From assembly GCA_963675745.2 (NCBI GenBank), contig CAXXWX010000027.1, positions 160,001 to 224,000 of the forward strand: a DNA stretch of 64,000 nucleotides. The letters run 5' to 3'. Positions 1-9,516 of this stretch are shown one piece after another; the first letter of the stretch is position 1, and each line of letters opens with the position of its first letter. The translations under genes and the position numbers were made by a program. The notes below the pieces were generated by a model that was not told the origin of the DNA, ran no database searches, and saw only the letters and a program-made list of their open reading frames with translations. The DNA is from Phycisphaerae bacterium (GTDB lineage Bacteria; Planctomycetota; Phycisphaerae; UBA1845; Fen-1342).

Positions 1-205
1 AGTGCATACCGGCTTGCTCGCAGCGTTTGCGCTTCATGCGCACGTAGGTGGCGGAGGCCTCATCATCCCCCACCAGGACGGTGGCCAGCGCCGGGGTGAC
101 GCCGGTTACCGCCTTTATGCGCGCCACCTTGGCCGCGGCGCCGGCCAGCACGCGCTTTGCCAGCGCACTTCCGCTCATCAGCTTGTCTGCTGGTGCCATC
201 GTCAT
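1..205 (-). CDS. folD: Bifunctional methylenetetrahydrofolate dehydrogenase/cyclohydrolase, N-terminal part (runs off window start)
   Basis: Not in the ORF track. Manual translation from ATG 205 gives MTMAPADKLMSGSALAKRVLAGAAAKVARIKAVTGVTPALATVLVGDDEASATYVRMKRKRCEQAGMH, matching the FolD N-terminal PxLAxxLVGDDxASxxYVRxKxKxC motif. Confidence 0.9.
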   Translation of the reverse strand, partial: MTMAPADKLMSGSALAKRVLAGAAAKVARIKAVTGVTPALATVLVGDDEASATYVRMKRKRCEQAGMH

Positions 206-300
206 GCCCGGAAGATACGCCACCGGCCCCGCTCTGTCACGCGCGCCAGCCGCCGGCGTCTTGCAGGCCTTTGGGGCGGAGTGGCGTTTTCGGCATGCCA

Positions 301-364
301 CGGCCTGCGAGGCGCGGGCCGCTACGCTGGTATGACCCACGGCCTGCGAGGCGCAGGCCGCTAC
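301..364. repeat. Two tandem REP-like palindromes (CGGCCTGCGAGGCGCRGGCCGCTAC)
   Basis: Copies at 301-325 and 340-364. The reverse strand begins with the GTAG tetranucleotide typical of REPs. Related copies at about 59247-59326 and 60412-60436. Confidence 0.8.
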
Positions 365-503
365 AGGCCGCGGTGCCGTGACTCTCGTATCGGACTGCCA
401 TGACCCGTCGTTTCGCGTACGATGTTAATGCGTCGCGGCGGGTGACACTCGCCCGAGGATGGGTCGGCGCGCGCTCAACATCGTTGTCGAGGATTCAGCC
501 GGC

Positions 504-2237
504 ATGACGGCAACTCGCTCCACCAGTGCGCCAGACGAGCAAGCCACCAGACCATGGCGGCGTTTCGGCCCGTACGCGCTGGCGGTGGTGGCGTACCTGT
601 GCGCGTTCGCAGCGTTGCCGCACGATGGGTTCTGGATCTGCGACAACGGCGCGAAATTCATGCAGATCCACAGCCTTATCGAAGCCGATTACAGCGACCT
701 GGCGATTTCCTGGGCGGGGAAGGCAATTGATCCGGCGTTTCATTACTGCCCGCTGCCGGCACCGTTCGGCCATGTTCAGGATGACCACCTTTACTGCGTG
801 TTCCCGCCGGTGTTCGCCTTCGCATCATCTCTGCCCTACCGCCTGTTTGGGTTCATCGGGCTTTACCTTCTGCCACTGGTCGCCGGGCTGGCCACACTGC
901 CCGCCGTCCGGCGACTGGCCGGTCTGCTCGACGCGCCGCGCGCCGCACAGCCGCTGGCGGTCGTATTGGTGGCCCTGGCGACGCCGATGTGGTTTTACAG
1001 CCTGACGCTGTGGGAGCATGCGCCGGCCACGTGCCTCGTCATCTGGGGTGTTTACCACGGACTGCGACACCTGTTGCACAAGGGCGCGCACGGTGCGCTG
1101 GCGTCTGGTTTGCTCATCGGGATCGCGATATATCTGCGCGACGACCTTTATCTGTTTGCGGCGGCCTTCGGGCTTGTATTGCTGGTGGGCGCGCGGCCGC
1201 ACCTGCGCACTATCGGCATCTATGCGATCGCCCTGATTGGCAGCCTCTTGCCGCTGTGGGCGTTCCAGTGGCTGGCGCTGGGACACCCGCTTGGTCTGCA
1301 CGCGGCGGCTCAACATCCGCTAGCGCTTGGCTGGGCGGAGTACGTCACGGCGCGGCTGCCGGCGGTGCGCGCTTTGCTGCTGAACGTACACGCGCGCATT
1401 TGGGTATCGGCACTGGTGGTCGGGCCCGCGCTGCTGCTCTGGGCCATCTTCCCCTGTGCGGGACCACGAGTTGCTCGGCGCCTCATCCTGCCCGCGACAA
1501 TCATCGCGCTCGCAATCGGTCTGACCGAGCTCGGCGGTCTTCTCGTGGCGCAAAGTCCGATCCGCTGGTTACCATTCGCCAACGGGTTCCTCGCCGCCGC
1601 CCCGGTCCTGGTGCTGGCGTTCGTGTTCACAAGCCGGCGCGACCCGCGCGCCGGCAAATGTGGCGCGCAACTGTCGATCGAGTTTCTGATCTGGCTGCTG
1701 GTCACCGTCTTTGCCGCCATGTACATCCTGGCGGCTCCCGTGTCCATTTTCGCGGGAATCCACTGGGGCTGCCGTTTCCTGCTGCCGGCGTATCCGCTGC
1801 TGGCAATCCTGTCCGCGGCGGCGCTGGCGCGCGCCTGGCAAACGCGCGGACCGGCGACGCGCGTAATGATCGGGTTGGTTGTCGCACTATCGATGGCCCT
1901 CCAGATTCAAGGGCTGCGCCTGCAGCATGGGATGAAGTCCTTCAACAGCGAGCTGAGTTCGGCGGTGATGGAGCGGGCCGAACGCGCGGTTGTCAGCAAC
2001 GTGTGGTTTCTGCCGATGTCGCTCGGCCGATGCACGCCCGACAAGACGTTCTTTCTGGTGGCGCAGCGCGACGATCTGGCGCGGCTGAGCACCCCGCTGC
2101 GTGACGCGGGCCACGAGCAGGTGCTGCTCATACTCGGGCATGAGCCCGGCGCCCCCGTGCCCGCCGGCGGCGTCGTGGTTCATGACGGGTGGCTGGGGTT
2201 TAACCACTACGTGCTGATGAGCGTTGAGCTCGAGTGA
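504..2237 (+). CDS. Polytopic membrane protein, GT-C/PMT-like putative glycosyltransferase
   Basis: Many TM segments; N-terminal loop motif WICDNGAKFMQ; WFYSLTLWEH and WGCRFLLP motifs resemble GT-C fold enzymes. Start placed at ATG 504 (alternative 459). Confidence 0.65.
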   Translation: MTATRSTSAPDEQATRPWRRFGPYALAVVAYLCAFAALPHDGFWICDNGAKFMQIHSLIEADYSDLAISWAGKAIDPAFHYCPLPAPFGHVQDDHLYCVFPPVFAFASSLPYRLFGFIGLYLLPLVAGLATLPAVRRLAGLLDAPRAAQPLAVVLVALATPMWFYSLTLWEHAPATCLVIWGVYHGLRHLLHKGAHGALASGLLIGIAIYLRDDLYLFAAAFGLVLLVGARPHLRTIGIYAIALIGSLLPLWAFQWLALGHPLGLHAAAQHPLALGWAEYVTARLPAVRALLLNVHARIWVSALVVGPALLLWAIFPCAGPRVARRLILPATIIALAIGLTELGGLLVAQSPIRWLPFANGFLAAAPVLVLAFVFTSRRDPRAGKCGAQLSIEFLIWLLVTVFAAMYILAAPVSIFAGIHWGCRFLLPAYPLLAILSAAALARAWQTRGPATRVMIGLVVALSMALQIQGLRLQHGMKSFNSELSSAVMERAERAVVSNVWFLPMSLGRCTPDKTFFLVAQRDDLARLSTPLRDAGHEQVLLILGHEPGAPVPAGGVVVHDGWLGFNHYVLMSVELE

Positions 2238-2291
2238 CGGACGATGCAGCGCGCCGCTTTCGGCATCAGCCGAGTTTAGCGTGATGCCCCA

Positions 2292-2855
2292 TCACCGACG
2301 CGGTCTGGCGAAGAGCTGCACGGCATAGAAACGTCCGGTCTTCTTGCTGCGCGCCACCCCGACGCCGATGTGAACGAAGTCCCTGGTGGACATGTTCTTG
2401 CGGTGAGGGCGCGAGTCTTTCCACTGCTTGAGAAACTGGCGGGCCAGGACGCGCTCGTCGATCTGCATGCCCGCGTACGTGTACGCGATGTTCTCGCCGA
2501 TGCGCGACCACTCATAGCCGGCTTTCTCGGCCCGCTGGGCCGGGCTCTTGCCGTCGGCGCTGTGCGATAGCTGGTCTTTCTCGGCGAGGTACACGGCGAA
2601 ATCGTGAGCGGCCCTACCGAGCTTCTCATCCGCGACCAGCTTGGGGAGCTGGTTCTCGGTGCGGAAAATGTTGGTGTAGCGCACGATCTGTTCTTCGGTG
2701 CGCCCCAGCACGCCGCCGCGCTGTGTCGGGCGCGTGGTTGGACGTCTCGCGCCTGCTACGCCGGCGACCGTCGACACAAGCGCTGCAATCGCGATCAGCC
2801 GCCATGTTTTGGCGGATCGCGCGGGCGGGGCGCTCGATCGGCTGGCGGGCATCAC
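2292..2855 (-). CDS. CAP/SCP-domain secreted protein
   Basis: Signal-like N-terminus; TNxFR...L..AA..H; IGENIA; WKDSRPHRKNM; HIGVGVA...YAVQLFA. Confidence 0.9.
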   Translation of the reverse strand: MMPASRSSAPPARSAKTWRLIAIAALVSTVAGVAGARRPTTRPTQRGGVLGRTEEQIVRYTNIFRTENQLPKLVADEKLGRAAHDFAVYLAEKDQLSHSADGKSPAQRAEKAGYEWSRIGENIAYTYAGMQIDERVLARQFLKQWKDSRPHRKNMSTRDFVHIGVGVARSKKTGRFYAVQLFARPRR

Positions 2856-3748
2856 ACTCCTCGCGTAAAAACGCCCGACACCGCCAGAACGCGCTCGTAC
2901 TCCTGCCTGGCGTCGGTGTCGGTGATCGGACCGTGGGCCGCGCCGTTGAGGAACTGGTGGATCAACTGGTCGTCACGCGTTGTCAGTGACCCCGTGGCCG
3001 CATCGCGCAAAGCCTCAAACCCGCTGCGCGGGCCCATGCGCAATACGCGTCCGCGGTCCAGCATGATCATGCGGTCGGCAATGCGGAACGCCGAGTCCAT
3101 CTCGTGCGTGACGACAATGCTGGTGACCTGGAGCTTGTTCGACAGGTCCATGATCAACTCGTCGATCGCCGACGAGGTCACCGGGTCGAGCCCCGCGCTG
3201 GGCTCATCGTAAAACAACATGTCCGGGTCTAACGCCGTCGCCCGCGCCAGGCCGACACGTTTCTTCTGGCCGCCGGAGAGCTGTGCGGGGTACTTATGGC
3301 GGTGCTCGAGCATGTGTACCTGCTGGAGCTTCATGGCGACGACGATGTCGATCACGGCCCGTTCGACCATCGAGTGCTCTATCAGCGGCAGCGCGATGTT
3401 TTCCGCGACCGTCAGCGAGCTGAACAGTGCTCCCGACTGAAAAAGTATGCCGAAGCGGCGGCGCACGTTGTTGACCGCATCGGTCGGCGCGGTCATCAGA
3501 TCGACCTCGGGCAGTGTCGGCAGGTGGTAGCGGATCGCGCCAGCGCTCGGCTCAAGCTCACCGATCAGGCAGTTGAGCAGGGTGCTCTTGCCGCAGCCCG
3601 AGCCGCCCATGATCACGAGCGTTTCGCCTCTGTACACATCGAACGTCACGCGATCGAGGATCGTCACCGCCCCGTTACCGTCCGGCCGATCGAACTGCAT
3701 CGTCAGGCCATCGACGGACAACACTATGTCGGTTTCGGCGTCTGGCAT
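2852..3748 (-). CDS. ABC transporter ATP-binding protein, MlaF/Mkl type
   Basis: Walker A GGSGCGKST, FQSGALFSSLTVAENIA, LSGGQKKRVGLARA, YDEPSAGLDP, VVTHEM. Confidence 0.9.
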   Translation of the reverse strand: MPDAETDIVLSVDGLTMQFDRPDGNGAVTILDRVTFDVYRGETLVIMGGSGCGKSTLLNCLIGELEPSAGAIRYHLPTLPEVDLMTAPTDAVNNVRRRFGILFQSGALFSSLTVAENIALPLIEHSMVERAVIDIVVAMKLQQVHMLEHRHKYPAQLSGGQKKRVGLARATALDPDMLFYDEPSAGLDPVTSSAIDELIMDLSNKLQVTSIVVTHEMDSAFRIADRMIMLDRGRVLRMGPRSGFEALRDAATGSLTTRDDQLIHQFLNGAAHGPITDTDARQEYERVLAVSGVFTRGV

Positions 3749-3765
3749 GTGGAGGATTATAGCGA

Positions 3766-4181
3766 GTTTTCAGATTTCAGATTTCAGTTTTCAGGGTGGC
3801 GCAGATAGGTCGCTCGCTTTACCATGAACGGCGGCGTGAGGTGTCAGTTGTCAGTTGGCAGTTGGCAGTTGGCAGTTGGCAGTTAGCAGTTGGCAGTTGG
3901 CAGTTGGCAGTTACCAGTTGGCAGTTGGCAGTGGGCAGTTGGCAGTGGGCAGTGGGCAGTTGACAGTTTGCAGTGTGCAGGTCGCGGCTCTTACCACTCG
4001 GCGGGCGGCGCCCCGGAACTGCCATGTGGGACCGGCCTCAGGCCGGTTGTCTGAACACTGAAAACTGAAAACTGAACACTGACAACTCCCAAACCGCCAC
4101 CTTGTGGGATCAGCCTCCGGCCGGTCGCCTGAACACTGAAAACTGTCAACTGCCAACTGACAACTGACAACTGACAACTGA
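3766..4181. repeat. Mirror-image heptamer tandem arrays: (TTTCAGA)/(GGCAGTT)n facing (AACTGAC)/(AACTGAA)n
   Basis: Arrays at 3766-3794 and about 3843-3980 in one orientation, and at 4051-4087 and 4129-4181 in the complementary orientation. A duplicated palindrome (TGTGGGAYCRGCCTCMGGCCGGT) precedes each right-hand array. Confidence 0.9.
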
Positions 4182-4209
4182 GGACTCTTAAGCCGCCCTG
4201 GGAACACCA

Positions 4210-5304
4210 ATGTCGCACATCCCCACAGAGCCAACCCTGCCGCCGGGCTTACCGGATGATTGGGTGATGCCGACGGACGTTGAGTGTCCATCGTGTCACT
4301 ACAACCTGCGCATGCTGCGCACGCCGCGCTGTCCGGAGTGTGGTTCGGTATTCCGCTGGCAGACGCTCTTGCACATCCGCTGCCCGCGCTGCGATCAGCC
4401 GCTGCATGAGATAGACGATGAACAGTGCCCCAGGTGCGGGCTGCCCCTGGCCTGGAGGCTCCTGCTGGATCAAGCGGACGCCATCGACGCGAATCTCTAC
4501 GAATACACCCGGCGGCCGATCGGCGCGGCGGTCGGCGCATTCACCGCCGCACTGAATCCCTTCACGTTCTGGCGCCGGCGACCGCTGGAGGCGCCGCCGG
4601 TGGTTAAGCGGCTGCGGCGGCTGCGCATGGTGGCGGTGATTGTGGCGATCGCCGGCCTCGTGTTGCTGAGCGAACTCGACGCCGGCATCTATTGGCTGAG
4701 GATATGGCTGGACATCGACAGCCTGCGTGTGCTGCTCCCGCGCTTCGCCGTCGTGTTGACGTTGCCGATCGTTACGATGATCGCGTTGCCGATGTTCACG
4801 CCCACGCTCGCGCGGTTTCGCTTGCGGCGGGATCGACTGCTCAGGCTGATGGCTTACGGCTGCGCCGGGATGTGGTGGATCGGCGCGGTGCTCATTGTCG
4901 CGTCCGCCGCCGGCCATGCATGGAATGAGTTTGGAGCAACGATGCGTCCGCGGATGATCATCAATGCAATGACCGTCCCGCTGTCGAACGAGATCTTCTT
5001 TAGTGGCGAAGTGGTACTGGATCTGATCACGCACGGGCGCGTGATGCCGCGCGGCGGGTGGTACTGCCCACCAACGGCGCACTGGTTCTCTCTTGAAGTG
5101 GCTGCGTTGATCGCGATCTTCGCCTTTGTCTGGTGGTGGCTGTTTTTGTACACAGGGTTGCGGCGGTATCTGCGGATCGATCGCGGGAACGCGGTGGCGC
5201 TGTTTGCTTCGACGCAGGTGATCGCGTTGCTGGTGCTGGCAATACTGCTGTTGCTGAATACGGCCATAGCCGAGACGGCCGGACGGATGCTCATCGGGCG
5301 GTAG
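4210..5304 (+). CDS. Zinc-ribbon (multiple CPxC) membrane protein, hypothetical
   Basis: CPSC..YNLR..CPECG, CPRC and CPRCG motifs followed by about 5 TM helices. Confidence 0.8.
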   Translation: MSHIPTEPTLPPGLPDDWVMPTDVECPSCHYNLRMLRTPRCPECGSVFRWQTLLHIRCPRCDQPLHEIDDEQCPRCGLPLAWRLLLDQADAIDANLYEYTRRPIGAAVGAFTAALNPFTFWRRRPLEAPPVVKRLRRLRMVAVIVAIAGLVLLSELDAGIYWLRIWLDIDSLRVLLPRFAVVLTLPIVTMIALPMFTPTLARFRLRRDRLLRLMAYGCAGMWWIGAVLIVASAAGHAWNEFGATMRPRMIINAMTVPLSNEIFFSGEVVLDLITHGRVMPRGGWYCPPTAHWFSLEVAALIAIFAFVWWWLFLYTGLRRYLRIDRGNAVALFASTQVIALLVLAILLLLNTAIAETAGRMLIGR

Positions 5305-5387
5305 CGTCCGACCCCCGAGTCGGACGTTTTGTTTTCGTGAGTTTCCACCCACGACAAGGCACGGCCGACTCGGGGGTCGGCCGCTAC
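5301..5387. repeat. Inverted pair of GTAG-REP palindromes (REPIN-like)
   Basis: GTAGCGTCCGACCCCCGAGTCGGACG (5301-5326) and CGGCCGACTCGGGGGTCGGCCGCTAC (5362-5387), between convergent genes. Confidence 0.8.
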
Positions 5388-5405
5388 GGTCAGCGACTAA
5401 GCGCC

Positions 5406-6104
5406 TTACCGGCCTACCAGTTCTTCCAGCGATTCGAGGCGTCGGCGCAGGTCGGCGATCTCCTCGTGCAACTCGCCGATCTCTGCCTGTATGTTCTCCA
5501 GCTCGTCATGTGGAATCGCGGCCACCTGCGCCGGTGACGCCGACCTGGCCTGCGGCGGCGCGGCTGTGATTCCGCCGACCGCCGCCGGCTGGGCTTTGGG
5601 AGCTTCGCCGGCTTCGTAGAGCAGGTGGCGATGGCGAATCGCCGATCGGCCCGCCTCGCGCGGCATCGCCATCACCACCGGTGAATCCCCGCCGGCCAGC
5701 GACTCCAGCGTCTCGGCCACGGCGTCGGTGCTGGCGAAGGCGTGCATGCGCGCACAACGCGACCGCAACTCGCCGACCGTCTGCGGGCCACGCAATAGCA
5801 GCTCGGCCATGATTGCCAACTGGGGCGTCTGCCAACCGACGGTGCGACCGAGATCATGGCGAAAGCGGTCGGTGCGCGAGCCGGCGCCGGCCAACACGCG
5901 CGAGATCAGGTCGCGCCCGCGCAGCTCCTCCAGCGTGTCGTAGACGGTCGCCTCGTCCAACTCCATGGTCGGATCGCGGTTGGACTTCTGGTTACACCCG
6001 TTGACCAGCGCGTTGAGCGTCAGCGGGTAATACTGCGGTTGCGACAACTGCTTCTCGATCAGAACGCCCAGCACGCGGCGCTGGAGCTCGTTGAGCGGAT
6101 CCAT
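5406..6104 (-). CDS. yceH: YceH/DUF480 family protein
   Basis: RVLGVLIEK...PQYYPLTLNALVNGCNQKSNRDP and LLLRGPQTVGELRSR motifs; C-terminal coiled coil. Confidence 0.9.
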   Translation of the reverse strand: MDPLNELQRRVLGVLIEKQLSQPQYYPLTLNALVNGCNQKSNRDPTMELDEATVYDTLEELRGRDLISRVLAGAGSRTDRFRHDLGRTVGWQTPQLAIMAELLLRGPQTVGELRSRCARMHAFASTDAVAETLESLAGGDSPVVMAMPREAGRSAIRHRHLLYEAGEAPKAQPAAVGGITAAPPQARSASPAQVAAIPHDELENIQAEIGELHEEIADLRRRLESLEELVGR

Positions 6105-6158
6105 GTATCTCGTCTCTCCAAGAGGTTCGCCGACACCGGCGGCGACGCACCATGCCGA

Positions 6159-7028
6159 TCAGGGGAAAACTGAAACGTCGATGCCCACGGCCCGCACCGC
6201 CTGCGCAATGTGCTCCAGCGCCTCGGCCTCCAACGGGCTGACGAACACCTCGGCGGCCGGCCGCGCGATTGTATACACCTGCACTTCCTTGATTTGCGCC
6301 CCCTGCTCGCGCAGCTCGCGCAGACGCGCTACATACGCACTGATCTCGGCTTCTGGCGGCGGCTCGCCTCGATAACGCAGGAACAACGACTGTATCACGA
6401 GCGGCCGCCGACACGCCGCGTCGAGGATGTTGGCCAGCACATGGGCAAGCGGGTGGCTCGGGCGCGTGATCTGGCGGAAGTAGTCCTCCGTGCCGGCGTC
6501 GAGCTTGGCCCAGATCTCGCCGCCGTGCTGATCCAGATACGCCAGTGTCTCCACGACTTTGGGGCGCGCGAGGAAGCAGGCGTCGGTGATCGTGATGAGC
6601 TTGGCCTCGTCCAGTCCGAATTCCTGCTTGACGGCGACGGCGATTCGGGCGGCCTCGGCGAATTGTGGCGACGCCGTCGGCTCACCACTGCCGGAAAAGG
6701 CGATGTCGTGCAGCGCGCGGAACCGCGCCGGGATTTCCCGAAACTCCGGCTCCTCGAACAGCGAGTCGCGCTGGGCCACCATCTGGCGCAACTCCGCCGA
6801 CAAGACGGCCAGATCGACTTTCCGCACGCGCGGCGCCTGCGCGCGGTCCACGCAGCAGTAAACGCAGTCAAAGTTGCAGGCCTTGTCCGGGTTCAGCTCG
6901 ATGCCGATGCTCAACCCGTGGCTGCGGCGGGATATTACCGGGTACACATAGAAGTATTCACGCCACTGGCGCGGGTGGTGGCGAAAGGCCACCTGCAACG
7001 CTCGGGACTTGCGGCGTTCCTCGCTCAT
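6159..7028 (-). CDS. Radical SAM protein
   Basis: YVYPVISRRSHGLSIGI, CNFDCVYC (CX3CX2C), FSGSGEPT, KLDAG. Confidence 0.9.
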   Translation of the reverse strand: MSEERRKSRALQVAFRHHPRQWREYFYVYPVISRRSHGLSIGIELNPDKACNFDCVYCCVDRAQAPRVRKVDLAVLSAELRQMVAQRDSLFEEPEFREIPARFRALHDIAFSGSGEPTASPQFAEAARIAVAVKQEFGLDEAKLITITDACFLARPKVVETLAYLDQHGGEIWAKLDAGTEDYFRQITRPSHPLAHVLANILDAACRRPLVIQSLFLRYRGEPPPEAEISAYVARLRELREQGAQIKEVQVYTIARPAAEVFVSPLEAEALEHIAQAVRAVGIDVSVFP

Positions 7029-7217
7029 CGCATCTCAGCATACGAAATTCGACATCGACCGGCGACGACCACAATACAATCAACCGCGGATGTGACCTCA
7101 TCCTCCATGCGTCGTGGAGGTGGGTCGGCGGGATGACAGTGGCTCGCCTATCCCGCCAATCCGAAATCGACCCGTCGCCAGGGCCTGGCGGCGGGTCACT
7201 TTTGCGCGCCGGCACGT

Positions 7218-8168
7218 TCAGGGCCGCGCCAGACGCGCCACGTGTCCCGCTACGCAGCGCTCGAGCACCCCCAGATTATACCCACCCTCCAGCACACTCA
7301 GCAGCCGCCCCCCGGCCAGCCTGTCGGCCAGTTGCACCAGCACGTCACTCACCCACGTGAAAACTTCATCCGTCAGACGCAGGTTGCCCAGGGGGTCGTC
7401 AACGTGCCCGTCGAAACCCGCCGAGATGATGAAGAACTGCGGCGCGTAGCGCTCGATCTCCGGAATTACGCGGCCTTCAAATGCCGCCCGGAACTGCTCG
7501 TCGGTGGTCTCGGGCATGAGCGGAATGTTCAGCGTGTATCCGCGACCGGCGTCCATGCCGGTCTCTTCCTCATGTCCCGTGTGCGGATAAAGATAGTGCG
7601 GGTGGCCGTGCAGGCTGACGTAGAGCACCGACGGATCGCGCTCGAAGGTGTGCTGCGTGCCGTTGCCATGATGCACGTCGAAATCGAGGATCAAGAGGCG
7701 CTCGACTTTGTGCTCATCCTGCAACGCGCGCGCCGCCACCGCGACGTTATTGAACAGGCAGAAGCCCGCGGCCCGGTCGGCCTCGGCGTGATGTCCGGGT
7801 GGACGAACTGCGCAGAACGCGCGTTTGATCTCACCTTCGGCCACCAAGCGGGCGGCCTTGACCACGCCCCCCGCCGCCAGCCGGGCTATATCCCAGCTCT
7901 CGGGCGAAATCGGGCAATCGGGCGAGTCGATGTACGGCCAGGCCTGACGGCAGGCGCTCTCGACGTGTGTCAGATACGCCGCCGTGTGTACGCGCAGCAA
8001 CAGTGGATCGATGATCGGCGCCGGCGTGATATTCACGCGATGTTCGGCGGCGCCGGCGTTCTCGATGCCGGCGTTTACCGCGTCCAGCCGCTCAGCGCGC
8101 TCCGGATGTCCGGGGCCGGTGCCGTGTTGCTTGAATCGTTCGTCGTTGACGATGCCAAGAGTGTTCAT
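7218..8168 (-). CDS. Histone deacetylase / acetylpolyamine amidohydrolase family protein
   Basis: HPERAERL, RPPGHHA, GFCLFNNVA, DFDVHHGNGTQ, SAGFDGH..DPL, LEGGY. Confidence 0.95.
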   Translation of the reverse strand: MNTLGIVNDERFKQHGTGPGHPERAERLDAVNAGIENAGAAEHRVNITPAPIIDPLLLRVHTAAYLTHVESACRQAWPYIDSPDCPISPESWDIARLAAGGVVKAARLVAEGEIKRAFCAVRPPGHHAEADRAAGFCLFNNVAVAARALQDEHKVERLLILDFDVHHGNGTQHTFERDPSVLYVSLHGHPHYLYPHTGHEEETGMDAGRGYTLNIPLMPETTDEQFRAAFEGRVIPEIERYAPQFFIISAGFDGHVDDPLGNLRLTDEVFTWVSDVLVQLADRLAGGRLLSVLEGGYNLGVLERCVAGHVARLARP

Positions 8169-8268
8169 CGGCGCATTATAGTCCCGGCGCGAGCAGGAGT
8201 CATCGACGCGGTGTGCGGGCGGGGACGGTGTCGGACCAACATCACGCGTCCGTACAAGCGGAAGCTCT

Positions 8269-8483
8269 GGTCGGCTTCAGCCGACCAGTCACTGCCACCG
8301 GTTTCAACCGGCGGAGCGCGGTCCTCACCATTGTCGCCCCTACGTGGAGCCGGGCTTTAGCCGGCTTCTGATTTTCCGCTGCCCCTGGAAGCCCGGCTGA
8401 AGCCGGCTGTCTGTGAAGGGGGACAGGGGACCTTTCATCCACCAACTGAAGTTGGTGGCAGGCTCTGGTCGGCTGAAGCTGAC
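8269..8483. repeat. About 215-bp composite palindromic (REP-cluster) element, copy 1
   Basis: GGTCGGCTTCAGCCGA ... GCCACCGGTTTCAACCGG ... GAGCCGGGCTTTAGCCGGCTTCT ... CCACCAACTGAAGTTGGTGGCA ... TCGGCTGAAGCTGAC. Its reverse complement occurs at 10443-10660. Confidence 0.85.
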
Positions 8484-8540
8484 TGGCAGCCTGGGTGCAG
8501 CGACACGCGCGAAACACGACCCCCGATGCGGCATGCGCTC

Positions 8541-8810
8541 GGGCCCGCGACACAATCGCTGGATCGTAGTCAGGCCGTCCCGTAGGGACGCAATGAACAT
8601 AGCCCAGCACGCAGTGCTGGGGCAATTGTGGGCACGTGAAAACCGAGTCCCGCAGGGACGACTGAGCTTTCAATCGTCCCGTGCGGGACTCGGCGGCTGC
8701 GCAGGCGATCCCAACCCAGCACTGCGTGCTGGGCTAAACTCAGATGCCCCTTGCGGGGCGAATAACTCGAGACCACGGGCGCGGAATCCACGCCGGCGTT
8801 GCCACGGCTG
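8541..8810. mobile_element. Degenerate copy of the MITE at 55309-55573
   Basis: Colinear similarity to 55309-55573 (e.g. GGGACGCAATGAAC, GTGCTGGGGCAATTGTGG, CACGTGAAAACCGAGTCCC, CCCAGCACTGCGTGCTGGGCTA, CAGATGCCCCTT, GGGGCGAATAACTCG). Left end GGGCCCGCGACAC has 2 mismatches to the TIR; the right end is decayed and its coordinate is approximate. Confidence 0.8.
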
Positions 8811-8932
8811 CACGCGTTCGCCGGCGTCAACGGCTCTCTTCCACCGCCGTCGACTTGCGTGTATATTGATGCGATTGACAATGGGCGTTCAACCGCACGG
8901 CCGCTTGGCGTGCGGCGCGCACCAGACAAGAC

Positions 8933-9007
8933 GGTGGCGTAGCTCAGCTGGTCTAGAGCGGTGGATTCATAACCCACAGGTCGGCGGTTCAAGTCCGCCC
9001 GCCACCA
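8933..9007 (+). tRNA. tRNA-Met (anticodon CAT, probably elongator); CCA not encoded
   Basis: Acceptor stem GGTGGCG/CGCCACC plus discriminator A; D arm GCTC..GAGC; anticodon loop TTCATAA; T arm GGCGG-TTCAAGT-CCGCC. The G1-C72 pair argues against an initiator; Ile2 cannot be fully excluded. Confidence 0.93.
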
Positions 9008-9086
9008 TTTGCCTTTGTGGCTACCCGGCAGATGAAGTCCAAGCCGAAGGCGTAATGAAGACACTTCCTTTAGGGCGGGCAACATC

Positions 9087-9449
9087 GTGAGACACAAGCC
9101 AACGGCAGAGGAGATCGCGCGGGGGCTGGTGGCGGCGGTCAACGAAAGCGACCAGCGTGTGGGGCCAGTGATCGACGCGCTGCGGGCGATACTGGCATCC
9201 AGCCACTTATCTGATGCTACGGCATGCGAGACCATCGGCTGGCGGCTCACGAGTGACCTCATCTTAGGGGAATCGTGCAGCGCAGGGATGACAAGCTTGC
9301 CGACGGACCTGCGAGTGCTGATCGAGGATCTGGCGACGTTCTTGCACGATGTTCACAGCGCACGGGACATTCCAAAAATGTTCGAGAGTGATCCGCAGCA
9401 GTTGCTTCGGCGACTTGATGAGCTGGACGACACGTGCGCAGGAGAGTAA
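9087..9449 (+). CDS. Hypothetical protein (120 aa, helical)
   Basis: ORF with protein-like composition in a co-oriented run downstream of the tRNA; no recognised motif. Confidence 0.55.
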   Translation: MRHKPTAEEIARGLVAAVNESDQRVGPVIDALRAILASSHLSDATACETIGWRLTSDLILGESCSAGMTSLPTDLRVLIEDLATFLHDVHSARDIPKMFESDPQQLLRRLDELDDTCAGE

Positions 9450-9516
9450 TTCCGGCGAGCCCTGGCCTTGAGTTGGATCGCACCGGCACCAACGGAGTAA
9501 GCGCGAGGACAGCTCG

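Noticed and set aside
3819..4218. ORFs with LPTANCQ / WQLAVGS repeats, and a possible CRISPR array
   Set aside because: These are translations of heptamer tandem repeats. There is no repeat-spacer structure and no cas gene.
6159..7028. Radical SAM protein as sulfatase maturase (anSME) for the sulfatase at 29030
   Set aside because: Only 289 aa, no SPASM cysteine clusters, and 22 kb away.
7242..8360. Long antisense or alternate-frame ORFs (e.g. 7242..8360, 18416..19918, 35740..37089, 46992..48140, 55825..56790)
   Set aside because: Shadows of well-supported genes in high-GC DNA; Arg/His/Pro-rich and without motifs.
8933..9007. tRNA as the attB of a prophage or integrative element
   Set aside because: No duplicate of the tRNA 3' end and no integrase or phage genes were seen in the window.
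8242..9262. ORFs 8242..8673, 8413..9090 and 8570..9262
   Set aside because: They span palindromic repeats, the MITE and the tRNA; not credible proteins.
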